Of a stretch of 64,000 nt of DNA, positions 30,625 to 42,164 are shown one piece after another. The stretch comes from Bacillota bacterium (GTDB lineage Bacteria; Bacillota; Ch66; Ch109). How positions within the stretch are numbered: position 1 is the stretch's first letter; each line of letters starts with the position of its first letter. The stretch is from assembly GCA_050952625.1 (NCBI GenBank), contig JBMNLH010000005.1:64001-128000 (forward strand). The letters run 5' to 3'. Below the pieces are notes generated by a model, which was not told where the DNA came from, did no database searches, and was given only the letters and a program-made list of their open reading frames with translations. The position numbers were made by a program, and so were the translations under genes.

Positions 30625-30927
30625 ATGATTACCAATAAGCCAATTGATGGGCTGCTGAATGTATATGGAAAAAACCGGATAGATGCTTCGTCCCGGGTTA
30701 AATCGACAGCCGGTATTCAAGGTTCCAAAAGAGACCAATTGGAATTATCTGATACAGCTAGGATTTTACAGGTAGCTAATCAGGCTTTGAAGAATACAAC
30801 GGATATTAGATTAGATAAGGTGGAAGCTTTGCGGGAAAAGATTGAGAGCGGGCAATATCAGGTGTCGGCTGCTCAGATTGCCGAGGCTATCTTGCGAGAA
30901 TATGGAAATAATGCTTCTGGCGACTAA
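30625..30927 (+). CDS. flgM: Anti-sigma-28 factor
   Basis: DQLELS..IRLDKVEALREKIESGQYQVSAAQIAEAI. Confidence 0.92.
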   Translation: MITNKPIDGLLNVYGKNRIDASSRVKSTAGIQGSKRDQLELSDTARILQVANQALKNTTDIRLDKVEALREKIESGQYQVSAAQIAEAILREYGNNASGD

Positions 30928-31018
30928 ACATTTATACGATGGTATTCAGGGGACTAAAGGCATAGCCCGTTAGTTGCAGGACTTTCGGGCTTTTGTTTTC
31001 TTAAGGCGGTGAAGCAGA

Positions 31019-31552
31019 ATGACCGTGGGACAATCGAGGCCAGCGACCAAAACGGAGAAAATAGAATTAATGGAAAAAATCCTTGAAGCGCAGATTGGCC
31101 TCAATAAACATCTCTTAGAGACGGCCCGCCAGAAACAGCGGTTGATCATTCAAGGGAATTTACCCGAACTCAACCAGCTCCTGCAAACAGAGGGGCTTCT
31201 GATTGGGGAGGCGGTCAAGTTGGAGGCGGAGCGTTTTGGCCTACAGAGCGAACTGGCTCAGGAACACGGTTTGCCGTCTCAGGAATTAACGCTGGCTCGT
31301 ATTAAAGAAATTTTCGGTCAAGCCACAGCTCGTTTGCAACAATTGGGAACAGAGTTGTATCAGGTCCTGGATGAACTTAATCTAGTTAATCAGCAAAATA
31401 CCACTTTAATTGAGCAGTCTTTGCAGTTTTTGGAGTATAACATGAATCTTTTAACCGGGATAGGCAATGACCAGGGTGTCTATGGTCAATCTGGCGCGGA
31501 GTGTGCGGAGCCACAAGTTAACCGAGCCTGGATATTTGATAAGAAAGCCTGA
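31019..31552 (+). CDS. flgN: Flagellar export chaperone
   Basis: Helical protein with NQQNTTLIEQSL, between flgM and flgK. Confidence 0.85.
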   Translation: MTVGQSRPATKTEKIELMEKILEAQIGLNKHLLETARQKQRLIIQGNLPELNQLLQTEGLLIGEAVKLEAERFGLQSELAQEHGLPSQELTLARIKEIFGQATARLQQLGTELYQVLDELNLVNQQNTTLIEQSLQFLEYNMNLLTGIGNDQGVYGQSGAECAEPQVNRAWIFDKKA

Positions 31553-31568
31553 TAGGAGTTGAATTGGG

Positions 31569-33391
31569 GTGGGGTCAACCTTTTTTGGCTTAGAAATCGG
31601 ACGAAAAGGAATCCAAGCACAGCAACTGGCCTTGAATATTACCGGGCATAATATTGCCAACGCTAATACCCCGGGGTTTAGCCGGCAGGTGGGGATAATG
31701 GTTACTTCTTACCCGGATAATGTACCCAGTTTAAACCGGCCGGCCATGCATGGTTTGATTGGGACCGGGGTGATCATGAATGATATTGTGCGGGTGCGCA
31801 ACGAGTTTTACGATCGGCAGTTTTGGGATCAGAACATTGACCTGGGCCGCTGGGAAGAACGGCGGAATCAATTGTCCAAGCTGGAATTGGTCTTGAACGA
31901 AGGGTCCGAGGCCGGGCTTAGTTCGGTTTATGATATGTTCTGGCAGTCGTGGCAGGAACTGGTGAAAAAAGCGGAAAATGAGACCTACCGGACCGTGGTT
32001 CGGGACCGGGGAATCGCTCTGGCGGACACCTTGAACGAGATTTACGCCCAGCTTAAAGGCTACCGCCAGGAATTAAATCAGACCCTGATCATTAAAAAAG
32101 ATGAGATTAATAATATCGCCCGGCAGTTAGGCGAACTGAATGGTCAAATCCAGGACCTGGAGATTACCGGGAGCCAGGCGAACGATCTGCGGGATAAACG
32201 CGACCTGCTGCTGGACCAGCTCTCCAAAATAGTTAACATTCGAGTGCAGGAAGGAAGCCGGGGCCTGACTCGGGTCAGTATTGGCGATTATGATCTGGTG
32301 GATGGGCTGACGGTGAACCAGTTAACGGTTAAGGCCCGGGCTCAGGCGGAACGAGGGGTGATTATTCATGACCTCTACTGGGCTGGCACCGGGGAAAAGC
32401 TGACGATTGATGACCGCGGCGATATCCGCGGCGGCGAGTTGCGTTCAATTATTGAGATCAGGGATGGCGATACCACCGAAAATAGCGGTATTCCCTACTA
32501 TATTCGACAGTTGGATATGATGACTTATCAGACCATTCGCCGGATCAACGAGTATCACCGCGCCGGGTTTGGGCTGAACGAGAATCAGGTCCTAGCCGGT
32601 TAAGGGTGGCGAGGGAGCGAGCTGGTCAGTCTCGTTTGACACGAGCGTGGGAGATGTGGTGGACCCTGGGCGGTATAAAATCGAGATGACTGATTCTGCG
32701 GGGAATTTCAAGGTGTACCGTTATAAAGATGATGATACGCCAAATGCAATCACCGGCACTTGGGAAGAGGTAGTAGGCACTCGGCGGCCCACTGGGGACA
32801 CCGACTTTACCTGACGGATTAGCGTTAACGAGTAGGTGATTGACCCGGCCGGGTTCAAGAAGCGGAGATACCTGGGAGTTTTCCGTGGTCATCGATCAGG
32901 ACGAAAGTGGCAATCCCTTGGATCCGCGGCTGGGTGGTCCCAACTTTTTCAATGAGATTAACCTGGACGATTTGAACTCAGTCATTACCCTGAACAGTCT
33001 CCTGACCGGGGATGAGGGATTAAAACGGATCGCGGCTTCTCTGATAGAAGGTAAGGAGGGTGATGGGGATAATGCCCTGCGGATCGCCCAGTTAAAGCAT
33101 GAGCTGGTGATGGGAGATCAGGAGGCCAGTTTTAACGATTTTATCCGTTCGGTCGCGGGCAAGCTGGGGGTAGATACCCAGGAAGCCATTCGGGTGACAG
33201 AAAACCAGGCCTTGCTGGTGCAGCAGATCGACAATCTTCGGCAGGGGGTTTCGTCGGTTTCCCTGGATGAAGAGATGACGAACATGGTCAAGTTCCAGCA
33301 TGCCTATAATGCCTCGTCCCGTTTAATTACAACCATTGATGAGATGATCGATGTGATTGTTAATCGCATGGGGCTGGTAGGCCGCGGCTAA
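31569..33391 (+). CDS. flgK: Hook-associated protein FlgK, frameshifted between ~32590 and ~32840
   Basis: GHNIANANTPGFSRQ; SVSLDEEMTNMVKFQHAYNASSR in another frame. Confidence 0.9.
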
Positions 33392-33494
33392 CTCGCGACA
33401 TGGGGACAGGTTAACCAAATAAGATGTCTACCGGGCGTTGGTTAGTATTATTGCGGATTGTGATAGCCAATGCCGGAGTTTGGAGGTGTTGCCA

Positions 33495-34717
33495 GTGCGG
33501 ATAACTAATACTATGATAATTGGTAATGTAATGCGGAATTATAACAGTATCACCCGTTTGTTGGACCGCCAGATGCAGCAGCTGTCATCGGGTCGACGTT
33601 TTCTGGTTCCCTCTGACGACCCGGTTAGAATGGTCCAAGCCATGCGGTTGCAAACGAATATGTTTGAGTATAGTCAGTATTTGAAAAACGTGTCCGATGC
33701 TCGCTCCTGGGTAGAAACAACCGAGACTGCCTTGGCCGGGGCGGAAAATATTTTGCAGCGGGTGCGGGAGTTAACGGTGCAAGCGTATAACGACACCCAG
33801 AGTCAAGATTCTCGAGAGGCGACAGCCATTGAAATCGAGGTCTTGCTGGGGGAACTGAAAAACGTGGGTAATACCTGTTTTGATGGCCGTTACATCTTTA
33901 ACGGGCAGAATACGACGAAAAATCCATATGAAATGAGCAAAGATAACGAGGGGTATATAGAGTTTGTCGGTGATACGGGAGAGGGAATTATTGAGTATGA
34001 AATCAGTCCGGGGATTAATATTGAGCTTAATGTCCCGCCCCAAAAAATATATGATAATGGCAGCGTCAATATCCTAAATGAGCTGCGCAACCTCTGTGAC
34101 GACCTGAGAAACCCCGACTTGGACCTGGTCAATGTGGTGGGCCGGGGGACGAAGAGTCTGGACAATTCTAGAGAATGACCTGGTTTTCCAAATCAATGAC
34201 AGTCGAGATAATCAGTCCGTTACCATTACCATTACCGGTGGTTCTTCAGCCGAACAGGCAGTAGCCCAAATTAATCAGCAATTAGCTCAGGCGGGCATCA
34301 ATCAGATTCAGGCTGGTCTGAGTCCCAAAGAACCAGATTGATTTTTACTCTAAAGGAGGAAACTGACCCTAGCCGGTTTACTATCGCTGATGATTCCGCG
34401 AGTCCCGGGGCTTTGGAAAGAGGTCACTGGTATGTATCCCGGGTAAAATGATGAGTTACTTAAAGAAAATTGATGTAGGGATCGATAATCTGCTGCGGTG
34501 GCAGGGAGAAATGGGGGCGCGGGTTAATCGTTTGGAGTTGACGGAAAACCGGCTGCAGGAGGTTAACCATTATTCAACAGAACTGATTAACGAACAGGCG
34601 TATATTGATTTTGCGGAAATGGTCACGCAGCTGAAAATGCAGGAGAATCTGCAGCGGGCGGCTCTGGCGGTGGGTGCCCGCATAATTCAGCCGACCTTGA
34701 TGGACTTTTTACGGTAA
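33495..34717 (+). CDS. flgL: Hook-associated protein FlgL, frameshifted (~34170, ~34340-34445)
   Basis: RITN..QLSSGRR..PSDDP; C-terminal GARVNRLE..IIQPTLMDFLR. Confidence 0.9.
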
Positions 34718-34825
34718 AGATTATTAGTCGGCTTTTCGGTCCGGGTAAGGTAAGCAGATTATTAGTTGTGGCGAGAGTTAGTTTTTCTAAGCTCAGGTTA
34801 AGGTGGATTAAGGGGGAATTTATCA

Positions 34826-35326
34826 ATGCGAATCCAGACATCCCGCTTTGGCGAGTTGGAGATTAAATCAGAGAGGATACTTTTTTTCCCCAAGCCGTTC
34901 CTGGGGTTGCCGGACTCACAACAGTTTGTGCTGCTGGAGACCGGGGCCGATTCCCCATTTAAATGGTTGCAATCTTGCGACGAGCCAGACATCGCTCTGG
35001 TGGTGACTGATCCCGAAATATTTTTTGCCGATTATGAGGTCAAGCTACGAATGGAGGATGTATCCCACCTCCAGGTAGAGGATGGGGAAGAACTGAAGGT
35101 GATGGTGGTCCTGGTGGTTCCGTCCGATCCGAGGAAAATTACGGCTAACCTGATGGCCCCTGTCATTATTAACCTTAATAAACGCCTAGCCGGCCAGATC
35201 ATCTTGGCTGATTCCCGTTACAGCACCCGGCACTTGATTTTTCCCACACTAGCTAACCAGCCGGCAGCGGGAGCAGAAGCAGCCCCTCAACCGGATCTAG
35301 CCAGGGTCTCAGGAGGTTTTAAATAG
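34826..35326 (+). CDS. fliW: Flagellar assembly factor FliW
   Basis: TSRFGE, WLQS, TANLMAPVIIN. Confidence 0.93.
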   Translation: MRIQTSRFGELEIKSERILFFPKPFLGLPDSQQFVLLETGADSPFKWLQSCDEPDIALVVTDPEIFFADYEVKLRMEDVSHLQVEDGEELKVMVVLVVPSDPRKITANLMAPVIINLNKRLAGQIILADSRYSTRHLIFPTLANQPAAGAEAAPQPDLARVSGGFK

Positions 35327-35329
35327 AGC

Positions 35330-35563
35330 ATGTTGGTATTGACCCGCAAGATAAAAGAAACCCTGGTTATCGGTGAGGATATTCGAGTGACCATCTTGGA
35401 AGTGAGCGGCGATCAAGTAAAACTAGGGATTGAAGCTCCTCGACAGGTTCGGGTCTACCGGCAGGAGGTTTTTGATGCCATTCAGGAGGCTAACCGGCAG
35501 GCAGCCCAGGCTTCTTGCGCGGATCTAGCTAGCCTGGGGAAAATCATCAAACCCACAGAATAA
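35330..35563 (+). CDS. csrA: Carbon storage regulator
   Basis: MLVLTRK..VKLGIEAP..VYRQE. Confidence 0.95.
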   Translation: MLVLTRKIKETLVIGEDIRVTILEVSGDQVKLGIEAPRQVRVYRQEVFDAIQEANRQAAQASCADLASLGKIIKPTE

Positions 35564-35684
35564 GGAAACAGTGGGTTGAGTAGGCGAGTTTTAACGTTCG
35601 CTGGGACTATGTTATAATACCCGGGGTGGGCTATAACTAAGTGTGTCTGATAAATATATGAAACAAAAAATGATATAGCAGCGA

Positions 35685-35712
35685 ATGGCCTTCCTACCAG
35701 GGGGCTTTTTGT
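35685..35712 (+). terminator. Intrinsic terminator
   Basis: GCCTTCCT-ACC-AGGGGGC followed by TTTTT. Confidence 0.6.
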
Positions 35713-35725
35713 GTTTTCAGGAGCA

Positions 35726-35840
35726 ACCGGAGGGACGGTTCTTCCGGCCGGAGCAACCGTCCAACCGGAGGGACGCTGCCGGAGAAATGAATCTTCCGGT
35801 TGAGGCCGCAAGCGATTTCGTTCTTCTTCCGGTTGAGGAA
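35726..35840 (+). repeat. REP-A variant with compensatory stem, plus degenerate tandem copies
   Basis: ACCGGAGGGACGGTTCTTCCGGC. Confidence 0.8.
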
Positions 35841-36131
35841 CCGGTTAATCCTTTAAAAATAACTACACTCGTGTTATCTTTCTGGCGAATAAGAGCACTG
35901 TTAATCTAACCATATTCTAATACGATTGGCATGCTAGACTGAGAGTTATAATAATACGATGATAAAACGATTATTAAACAATAATAAACAACAATAAAAT
36001 AACAATCATAATACAATAAAAGTTTATAATGTAAGCCGGATAATCGCTAATTTTTATAAAACTACAGCGATCATGATTTTTCATGTTTCGATGGTGCTAA
36101 GGTTATAGTTATCGGTTATAGGGGGGATAAA

Positions 36132-38159
36132 GTGTCGGCTAAAGTGGGCTTAATCGAATACCTGCGGGACCATCTGCTGATCGGCGACGGGGCGATGGCC
36201 ACCTGGCTGTACCAGCATGGGGTGCCGATTGGGGTTTGTTATGAAGAGTTGTGTTTATCGAAACCAGCACTGATTCAGACTGTCCACCGAGAGTACTATG
36301 CGGCCGGAGCTCGATTGATTGAGACCAATACCTTTGGGGCTAATCGGAACGCCCTTAGTCGGTACGGACTGGAGCATTTGTCCTATCGGATCAACTGGAA
36401 GGCAGCGGTAATTGCCCGGGAGGCGGTTGGTGAGGATGCCTGGGTGGTTGGCAGTATTAGTTCCATCACCGGCGGAGGGATCCGCGACGTGAAGATGGCC
36501 GGTTACGCGACCCAGTTTGCGGAGCAGGCAGAAGCTCTTTTGGCCGGCGGAGTTGACGGGATTATCCTGGAAACGTTTTTAGATCTAGAAGAACTGCTGC
36601 TGGCCTTGACTACCCTTCGTCCCCTGACTGCTTTACCGATCATTGCGCAGCTGGCTTGCCTGGAGGTTGGTCGCACCAGGGATGGCTATTCCCTGGCCGA
36701 GGCGTTTACTTGCTTAGATCGGGCTGGGGCCGATGTGGTGGGCTTGAATTGCCGGCTGGGGCCAGCGGAAATGCTGCGCTCCTTAGAACAAACCGTGGTC
36801 CCTGAGGGAATGCTGTTGTCGATCTTTCCTAATGCCGGCCGGTTGGGGGTCACTGATGGTGAATATGCTTATACCTCTTCACCGGAATACTTGGCTGAAA
36901 AGGCCAGGCACTTTCGGGAACAAGGGGTGCGGCTGATCGGAGGCTGCTGCGGCACAACGCCGGCCCATATTCAAGCAGTAGCGGAAGCACTGTGCGGCTT
37001 AGCTCCTTTGCCTCGGGTCAATCCGGACCGCGGGGTCTTGAGAGACGAGAAAGCAGAACAAACCGATGCACCTGGTTATTCGGGCCAACCGGACCAACTA
37101 GGCGGTCCAAGTCAACCTGTGCAAATAGGTGAGCTAGGTCGCCTAGATTGCCCGGATTCAGTTAGGTTAATCTATTTACCGGGTACGGCCGGGCTAGTTC
37201 AACCAAGCAGACCGCTCACAACAATTTCTTCTCCACCGGCCTTGACTATTGTTGATAAGGTCCGGCAGGGTCCGACGGTCATCGTTGAGTTCGATCCTCC
37301 CAAGGATTTGGAGGTTGAGGGCTATTTACGGGGAGCGGCTAATCTGCAGGATGCCGGCGCGGATGCGATTACCATGGCGGACAACTCTTTGGCCCAGACC
37401 CGCATGAGCAATATGGCCTTGGGGGCGATTGTGAAGCAGAAACTGGGGATTGATCCTTTGATTCACCTGACCTGTCGTGACCGGAATCTAATCGGACAAC
37501 AGTCGCACTTGATGGGGCTGCACGCCCTGGGGTTGCATCAGGTGCTGGTGATTACCGGTGACCCGGCTCGCTTCGGTGATCTGCCCGGGGCTAGTTCGGT
37601 CTTTGATGTGAATTCTTTTGATTTGATTCGGATGGTTAAACAGCTTAACGAAGGCATTTCTTTCTCTGGGAACCGGCTGCAGCAGCGGGCTAAGTTTGTG
37701 GTGGGAGCAGCGTTTAATCCTCATGTACCCAAATTTGAGAATGCGCTGCGTCGCTTGGAAAAAAAGATTGAAGCCGGGGCAGATTATATTATGACCCAGC
37801 CGGTCTATGACGTAGCAATGATTGAGTTAATCTATGAAAGCACCAAACACTTGAACATTCCCATTTTTATCGGAATCATGCCCCTGACCAGTTCGCGAAA
37901 CGCTGAATTTTTACACAATGAGGTGCCGGGGATCAGATTGACTGACGCGGCCCGGGAACGGATGCGGCAGTATACCGGCGAGGCGGCGCGGCAGGAAGGG
38001 GTGGCGATGGCCAAGGAACTGGTCGAGGCAGCCCAGCAGTATTTTCAAGGAATATATCTGATTACGCCCTTTGCTTACCACGAGATGACGGCTGAACTAA
38101 CGCGGTTTGCGAAAAAGAAAGCAAAGAAGACATTGGCGGCGATAGAACGTGAAAATTAA
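36132..38159 (+). CDS. yitJ: Bifunctional homocysteine S-methyltransferase/methylenetetrahydrofolate reductase
   Basis: GDGAMAT, GLNC, GGCCGTTP; MTHFR domain HLTCRDRN, TGDP, MTQPVYD. Confidence 0.93.
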   Translation: MSAKVGLIEYLRDHLLIGDGAMATWLYQHGVPIGVCYEELCLSKPALIQTVHREYYAAGARLIETNTFGANRNALSRYGLEHLSYRINWKAAVIAREAVGEDAWVVGSISSITGGGIRDVKMAGYATQFAEQAEALLAGGVDGIILETFLDLEELLLALTTLRPLTALPIIAQLACLEVGRTRDGYSLAEAFTCLDRAGADVVGLNCRLGPAEMLRSLEQTVVPEGMLLSIFPNAGRLGVTDGEYAYTSSPEYLAEKARHFREQGVRLIGGCCGTTPAHIQAVAEALCGLAPLPRVNPDRGVLRDEKAEQTDAPGYSGQPDQLGGPSQPVQIGELGRLDCPDSVRLIYLPGTAGLVQPSRPLTTISSPPALTIVDKVRQGPTVIVEFDPPKDLEVEGYLRGAANLQDAGADAITMADNSLAQTRMSNMALGAIVKQKLGIDPLIHLTCRDRNLIGQQSHLMGLHALGLHQVLVITGDPARFGDLPGASSVFDVNSFDLIRMVKQLNEGISFSGNRLQQRAKFVVGAAFNPHVPKFENALRRLEKKIEAGADYIMTQPVYDVAMIELIYESTKHLNIPIFIGIMPLTSSRNAEFLHNEVPGIRLTDAARERMRQYTGEAARQEGVAMAKELVEAAQQYFQGIYLITPFAYHEMTAELTRFAKKKAKKTLAAIEREN

Positions 38160-38475
38160 TTGTGCCTACCGCTATGAACTAAAACCCAATGCTCCGCAAA
38201 AGACGCTCCTTAGTAAGCATGCCGGATGCGCCCGTTTTGCCTACAACTAGGGTCTAGCTTGACGCATCGCCTTGTACCAGGAAGAAAAGAAGTCTACTAA
38301 TGCCATTGACCAGCATAGAGAGTTAAACCAACTCAAAAAGACAGACTTCCCTTGGATGTCTGAGGTTTCAAAAGGTGCGCCGCAGGAACCCCAAATTAGC
38401 AAGGCATATCGCAGATGTTGGCTGGGGCGAGTTCAGACGCATGTTGGAATATAAGGCGCAATGGTATGGCTCAGA
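38149..38475 (+). pseudogene. tnpB: TnpB remnant with stops and a large internal deletion
   Basis: [37 protein letters not shown] joined to [29 protein letters not shown]. Confidence 0.88.
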
Positions 38476-38543
38476 ACGGGAAATTCTCACTGATAGAAGT
38501 GAGCGTGCTAAACTAAGAAGAAGGAAACACGGGGAGACGAATT

Positions 38544-39623
38544 ATGGCTTTCTTGGATTTGGTTTACTACGGCAACTCAGTTCAAACCTGGCTAATTGCC
38601 CTGGCCTTGAGTCTGGTTGTTTTCCTTGGCTTAGAATTAGCAAAAAACCTCGTATTCCGCCAACTAGCCGCTTTAGCTCAAAAGACCGATAAAGACTGGG
38701 ATGATCAACTGGTAAAACTATTGGCGCGTACTCGAAGCTGGTTTTTATTAGTGCTGTCGATTTATGCCGGTTCCCAGGTTTTAAGCCTGAGCGCGGCTGC
38801 CCGAGGCCTGCTGGAAAAAGTGACTGTCTTGGTCTTGTTGATCCAGGTAGCGATCTGGGGCAATAATCTGATCAATTATCTGATTGGGCGTTACCTGAGA
38901 ATAACGAGTGAAAAAGACGGCGAGAGTAAAGCCATGGTCTCGATTCTAGGTCTTGTAGCAAGAATCGGCCTCTATACGATTATTGTCTTACTGCTGCTGG
39001 ATAACCTGGGATTTGAGATCAGCACCCTGATTGCTGGCCTGGGTATCGGGGGGATTGCGATCGCCCTGGCGGCCCAGAATATCTTGAGTGACTTATTTGG
39101 CTCCTTAACTATTTTGCTGGACAAACCTTTTGTTGTCGGGGATTTTATCCTGGTTGACAACTTTTACGGAACAGTGGAGCATATTGGCCTAAAAAGCACC
39201 CGGATTCGCAGCCTGGCTGGCGAACAACTGGTGTTCTCAAACCATGATTTGCTGAACAGCCGCATCCAGAATTACCAGCGGATGCAGGAACGGCGTGTTG
39301 TCTTTAGGCTTCGCATTAACTATCAAACCCCTTATGAAAAATTAGCGGCCATTCCTTCTTTGCTTAAAGAAATTGTTGAGGCCCAGGGATCTAAAATCCG
39401 TTTTGATCGGGCGCACTTCAAAAGTTATGAGCCATCTTCTTTGGATTTCGAGATTGTGTATTATGTTTTGTCTGATGACTATTATTTGTATATGGATCTC
39501 CAACAGCAAATAAACCTGGCCATCTTCCGTCGCTTCGCCGAGGAAGGAATTGAGTTTGCCTATCCGACCCAGACCTTGTATCTTAATTCTATTTGTCATT
39601 CTGAGCAGAGCGAAGAAGCTTAA
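38544..39623 (+). CDS. mscS: MscS-family mechanosensitive channel
   Basis: [41 protein letters not shown]. Confidence 0.93.
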   Translation: MAFLDLVYYGNSVQTWLIALALSLVVFLGLELAKNLVFRQLAALAQKTDKDWDDQLVKLLARTRSWFLLVLSIYAGSQVLSLSAAARGLLEKVTVLVLLIQVAIWGNNLINYLIGRYLRITSEKDGESKAMVSILGLVARIGLYTIIVLLLLDNLGFEISTLIAGLGIGGIAIALAAQNILSDLFGSLTILLDKPFVVGDFILVDNFYGTVEHIGLKSTRIRSLAGEQLVFSNHDLLNSRIQNYQRMQERRVVFRLRINYQTPYEKLAAIPSLLKEIVEAQGSKIRFDRAHFKSYEPSSLDFEIVYYVLSDDYYLYMDLQQQINLAIFRRFAEEGIEFAYPTQTLYLNSICHSEQSEEA

Positions 39624-40785
39624 CCTTATAGCTTGCCTCTTCCTCCTGAGGGTCGACGGCAGGCCGGGGATTCTCCACTGCGTTCAGAACGACCCAGAGG
39701 TGCGCCTCCCTCGGACTCCAGGCGAAGAAAAGGAGAAGGGTGGGGAGCAAGTATTCAAAGATGAAGGCAAACGGGGGCCAGGAAGTGGTGATGTGTTTAA
39801 CGAAGGCAATGTTGCCCCCAAATAAGTAGTAAGTTAGGGCAACCAGGATTACGCCAAAGGGAAGGACCAGGGGCCGGTAATCCCGCAGGTTCAGCAGTTG
39901 AGCAGTACCTAGAACGGTCACATAATAAATGATGGCAATTTTGGCGTACAAACTGATGACCCAGAAAACCACGGCAATTGATTCCAAGCGTTCGACGACC
40001 CCCCCGATGTTTACAATGCGGAGCAGAGAAAAGGTCGGGAAGGTCATGCGGGATACGGTTGGGCCGAAAAGCAGGGCACTGATGATCGCATTAGCGGTTA
40101 ATATTACTCCCAGGAAAATGACAGCCCAAATGGCCCAGCGTTTTCCCTCCTCGGGCCGGGCCAGGTAAGGCAATAACATAGCCAGCAGGATTATTTCCCC
40201 TCGCCAGGCATTAGTGGTGAATGTTGCTCGAATAACTGGTTCCACTCCGTTTTCGAGCAGCGGCAACAGGCTGTGCGTAAATCCTTTCCCGGTAATCACG
40301 GCTAGAATGATCGATCCGACAAAAGCGAGGAAGGTAATGGGGAAAGTGATTTCGATGGTCCTGGCCAGTACCTCAAGTCCCTCGCGCACGGCCCAGGCGC
40401 AAAGCCAAACCATAATAGCCTTTAGAAGGATAGTGGGAGTCTCCGGGAGGATTAGATTGGGCAGTTCGACGAATTCCCGAACAACCAGGCAATTAGTATA
40501 GAAAAAATAGACCAGGTAAAAGAGCCCGACTAATCTGCCTAGCCAGTTACCCAAAATATTTGGCAGGTACTGGATCAGGGTCTGGCCCGGAAACCTTTTT
40601 CCCAGGGAAGTTATAACCAGAGCCACATAGATTCCAGCCAGCGTGCTTAAGGCCGGGGCCATCCAGGCATCCCGACCGGCCACCTGAAAGCTGATTGCCG
40701 GTAAGAACTCCAGGGCGGTGGCACTGACTAAAAAGACTAGGATATAGAAGGTCTGAATCCCAGAAATTTTTCCTCTTTCCAGCAT
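39589..40785 (-). CDS. GerAB-family spore germination permease
   Basis: AGRDAW, FPGQTL, GLEVLAR, ERLESI; multiple TM helices. Confidence 0.9.
   Translation of the reverse strand: MLERGKISGIQTFYILVFLVSATALEFLPAISFQVAGRDAWMAPALSTLAGIYVALVITSLGKRFPGQTLIQYLPNILGNWLGRLVGLFYLVYFFYTNCLVVREFVELPNLILPETPTILLKAIMVWLCAWAVREGLEVLARTIEITFPITFLAFVGSIILAVITGKGFTHSLLPLLENGVEPVIRATFTTNAWRGEIILLAMLLPYLARPEEGKRWAIWAVIFLGVILTANAIISALLFGPTVSRMTFPTFSLLRIVNIGGVVERLESIAVVFWVISLYAKIAIIYYVTVLGTAQLLNLRDYRPLVLPFGVILVALTYYLFGGNIAFVKHITTSWPPFAFIFEYLLPTLLLFFAWSPREAHLWVVLNAVENPRPAVDPQEEEASYKVKLLRSAQNDK
39595..39693. repeat. Inverted-pair repeat, family C (GTCATTCTGAGC type); degenerate arms also at 21110-21187
   Basis: GTCATTCTGAGCAGAGCGAAGAA ... 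TTCTCCACTGCGTTCAGAACGAC. Confidence 0.7.
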
Positions 40786-40838
40786 TCGGTTTTTCCTTTC
40801 TTGGCTGGGTCCTAATCTAAATCAAAAGGCTCCCGCTT

Positions 40839-41903
40839 CTAAGGATTATTGGCGGTTGACGGCGCAGCAACAAGCTTCAGGGCTTGAAACATCAAAGGGA
40901 TGCCGGATTGTACCGCGAGCGAAAATAACGGAAAATTGTAGATAATAAACAGGTTATAATCAATATGATTATCAAAAGAAACTAGGGAAAGAACCCCGAT
41001 AAGCAAGGCCGTGGGCAAAATCAAGGGCTCGGCTCTGCTCAGTTTGAAAACCTGGCTTAAACCCTGGATCGTGCCATACAGAAAGATGGTCACCTTGATT
41101 AAAAAGGTAGTTATCCATAGGATCAGGAACAAGGACCCAATTCGACCGATATTTTGGTAAAGACATAATAGTTTATAGCTAAGCTGCGGGGAGAGGTTAT
41201 TAAAATTACTGTATAGGGCATAGGTCATAAGACTGATTATCCCCCAAGCTATCCCAAAGGGAATGGCGATAAACCAAAAGCTGCGTCCAGACTTTTGGGT
41301 AAAGGGCAAGAGCACAGTTATAATCAGGACCTCGCCGAAGACACTGCCTTGAATGATGACTCCATGCAATAAGGATCGCCATTCCTCTAACATTAGAAGC
41401 GGGAACTGATGATCCTGGGTAAAGAAGCCGGGGAAAATTCCGACTGAAACCAGCAGCAGGACCGGGATTACCAGCAGGGTGCTAACGCGAACCAGGGTTT
41501 CTAAGCCCAGCTTGATCGCATACGCCCCTAAAAAAATAAGGGTCAGGGCAAAGATCAGACTGGGGGTCCGGGGTAGAAACAGGTTCATCAGATTGATAAA
41601 ATCGCGTAAGTAAACCACAGCCACGGTGATGAAGAAAAAAACCAGGATCAGCCCAAGCCCGGCTCCTCCCGGGAGTGAATAGCCCATAGCAGTTTGAATC
41701 AGGGATTGGTTGGTACCAGCCGGTACCAGACGTAACAGCAGCCAACTGTAGGCCAGAGCCAGCAACATGGCTATTAGCCCCGCTGCCCAGGAATTAAGGC
41801 CACTAACAGTGGCCAGGGGGAAAGATCAAATGAGCGGCAGCAGACTGTTAAAAATAACCAAAGAACTCAGTTGAAGCTGGCTGATGGTAATCTTGTTCTT
41901 CAT
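40839..41903 (-). pseudogene. Second GerAB-family permease with in-frame TGA at 41826-41828
   Basis: MKNKITISQLQ..LPLI*SFPL continues in frame into the 309-aa ORF. Confidence 0.75.
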
Positions 41904-42139
41904 TTTGGTGTACCTTGCAAAATTTTATCTAAATATTGACTAACCGGCTGAAAGAGAAAGTCTAAAACGGTTGCCGGATTGGGCAGGGAGAGAGCCAGCA
42001 CCTGACCATAACTGTAGATCATCCCGATCAGCAACAGCACACTAAAAGCAATCAATTCCCGCCACATTCTCTCCTTGATTAACCCGGGTACCTCGTAGGC
42101 AATGATGCCTAAGATTATTAGGGCGAGTAAGTATGGCAC
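41900..42139 (-). CDS. Small membrane protein of ger operons
   Basis: YEVP.L...MWRELIAF..LPNP. Confidence 0.8.
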   Translation of the reverse strand: MPYLLALIILGIIAYEVPGLIKERMWRELIAFSVLLLIGMIYSYGQVLALSLPNPATVLDFLFQPVSQYLDKILQGTPK

Positions 42140-42164
42140 CAGCTATCTCTCCCCGCTTCTGGCT

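Noticed and set aside
35850-36131. SAM riboswitch or T-box upstream of yitJ
   Set aside because: No S-box or T-box consensus seen; only an AACAAT-rich tract
41826-41828. Selenocysteine recoding of the in-frame TGA in gerAB
   Set aside because: Membrane-helix context with no catalytic Cys expected; a nonsense mutation or sequencing error is simpler
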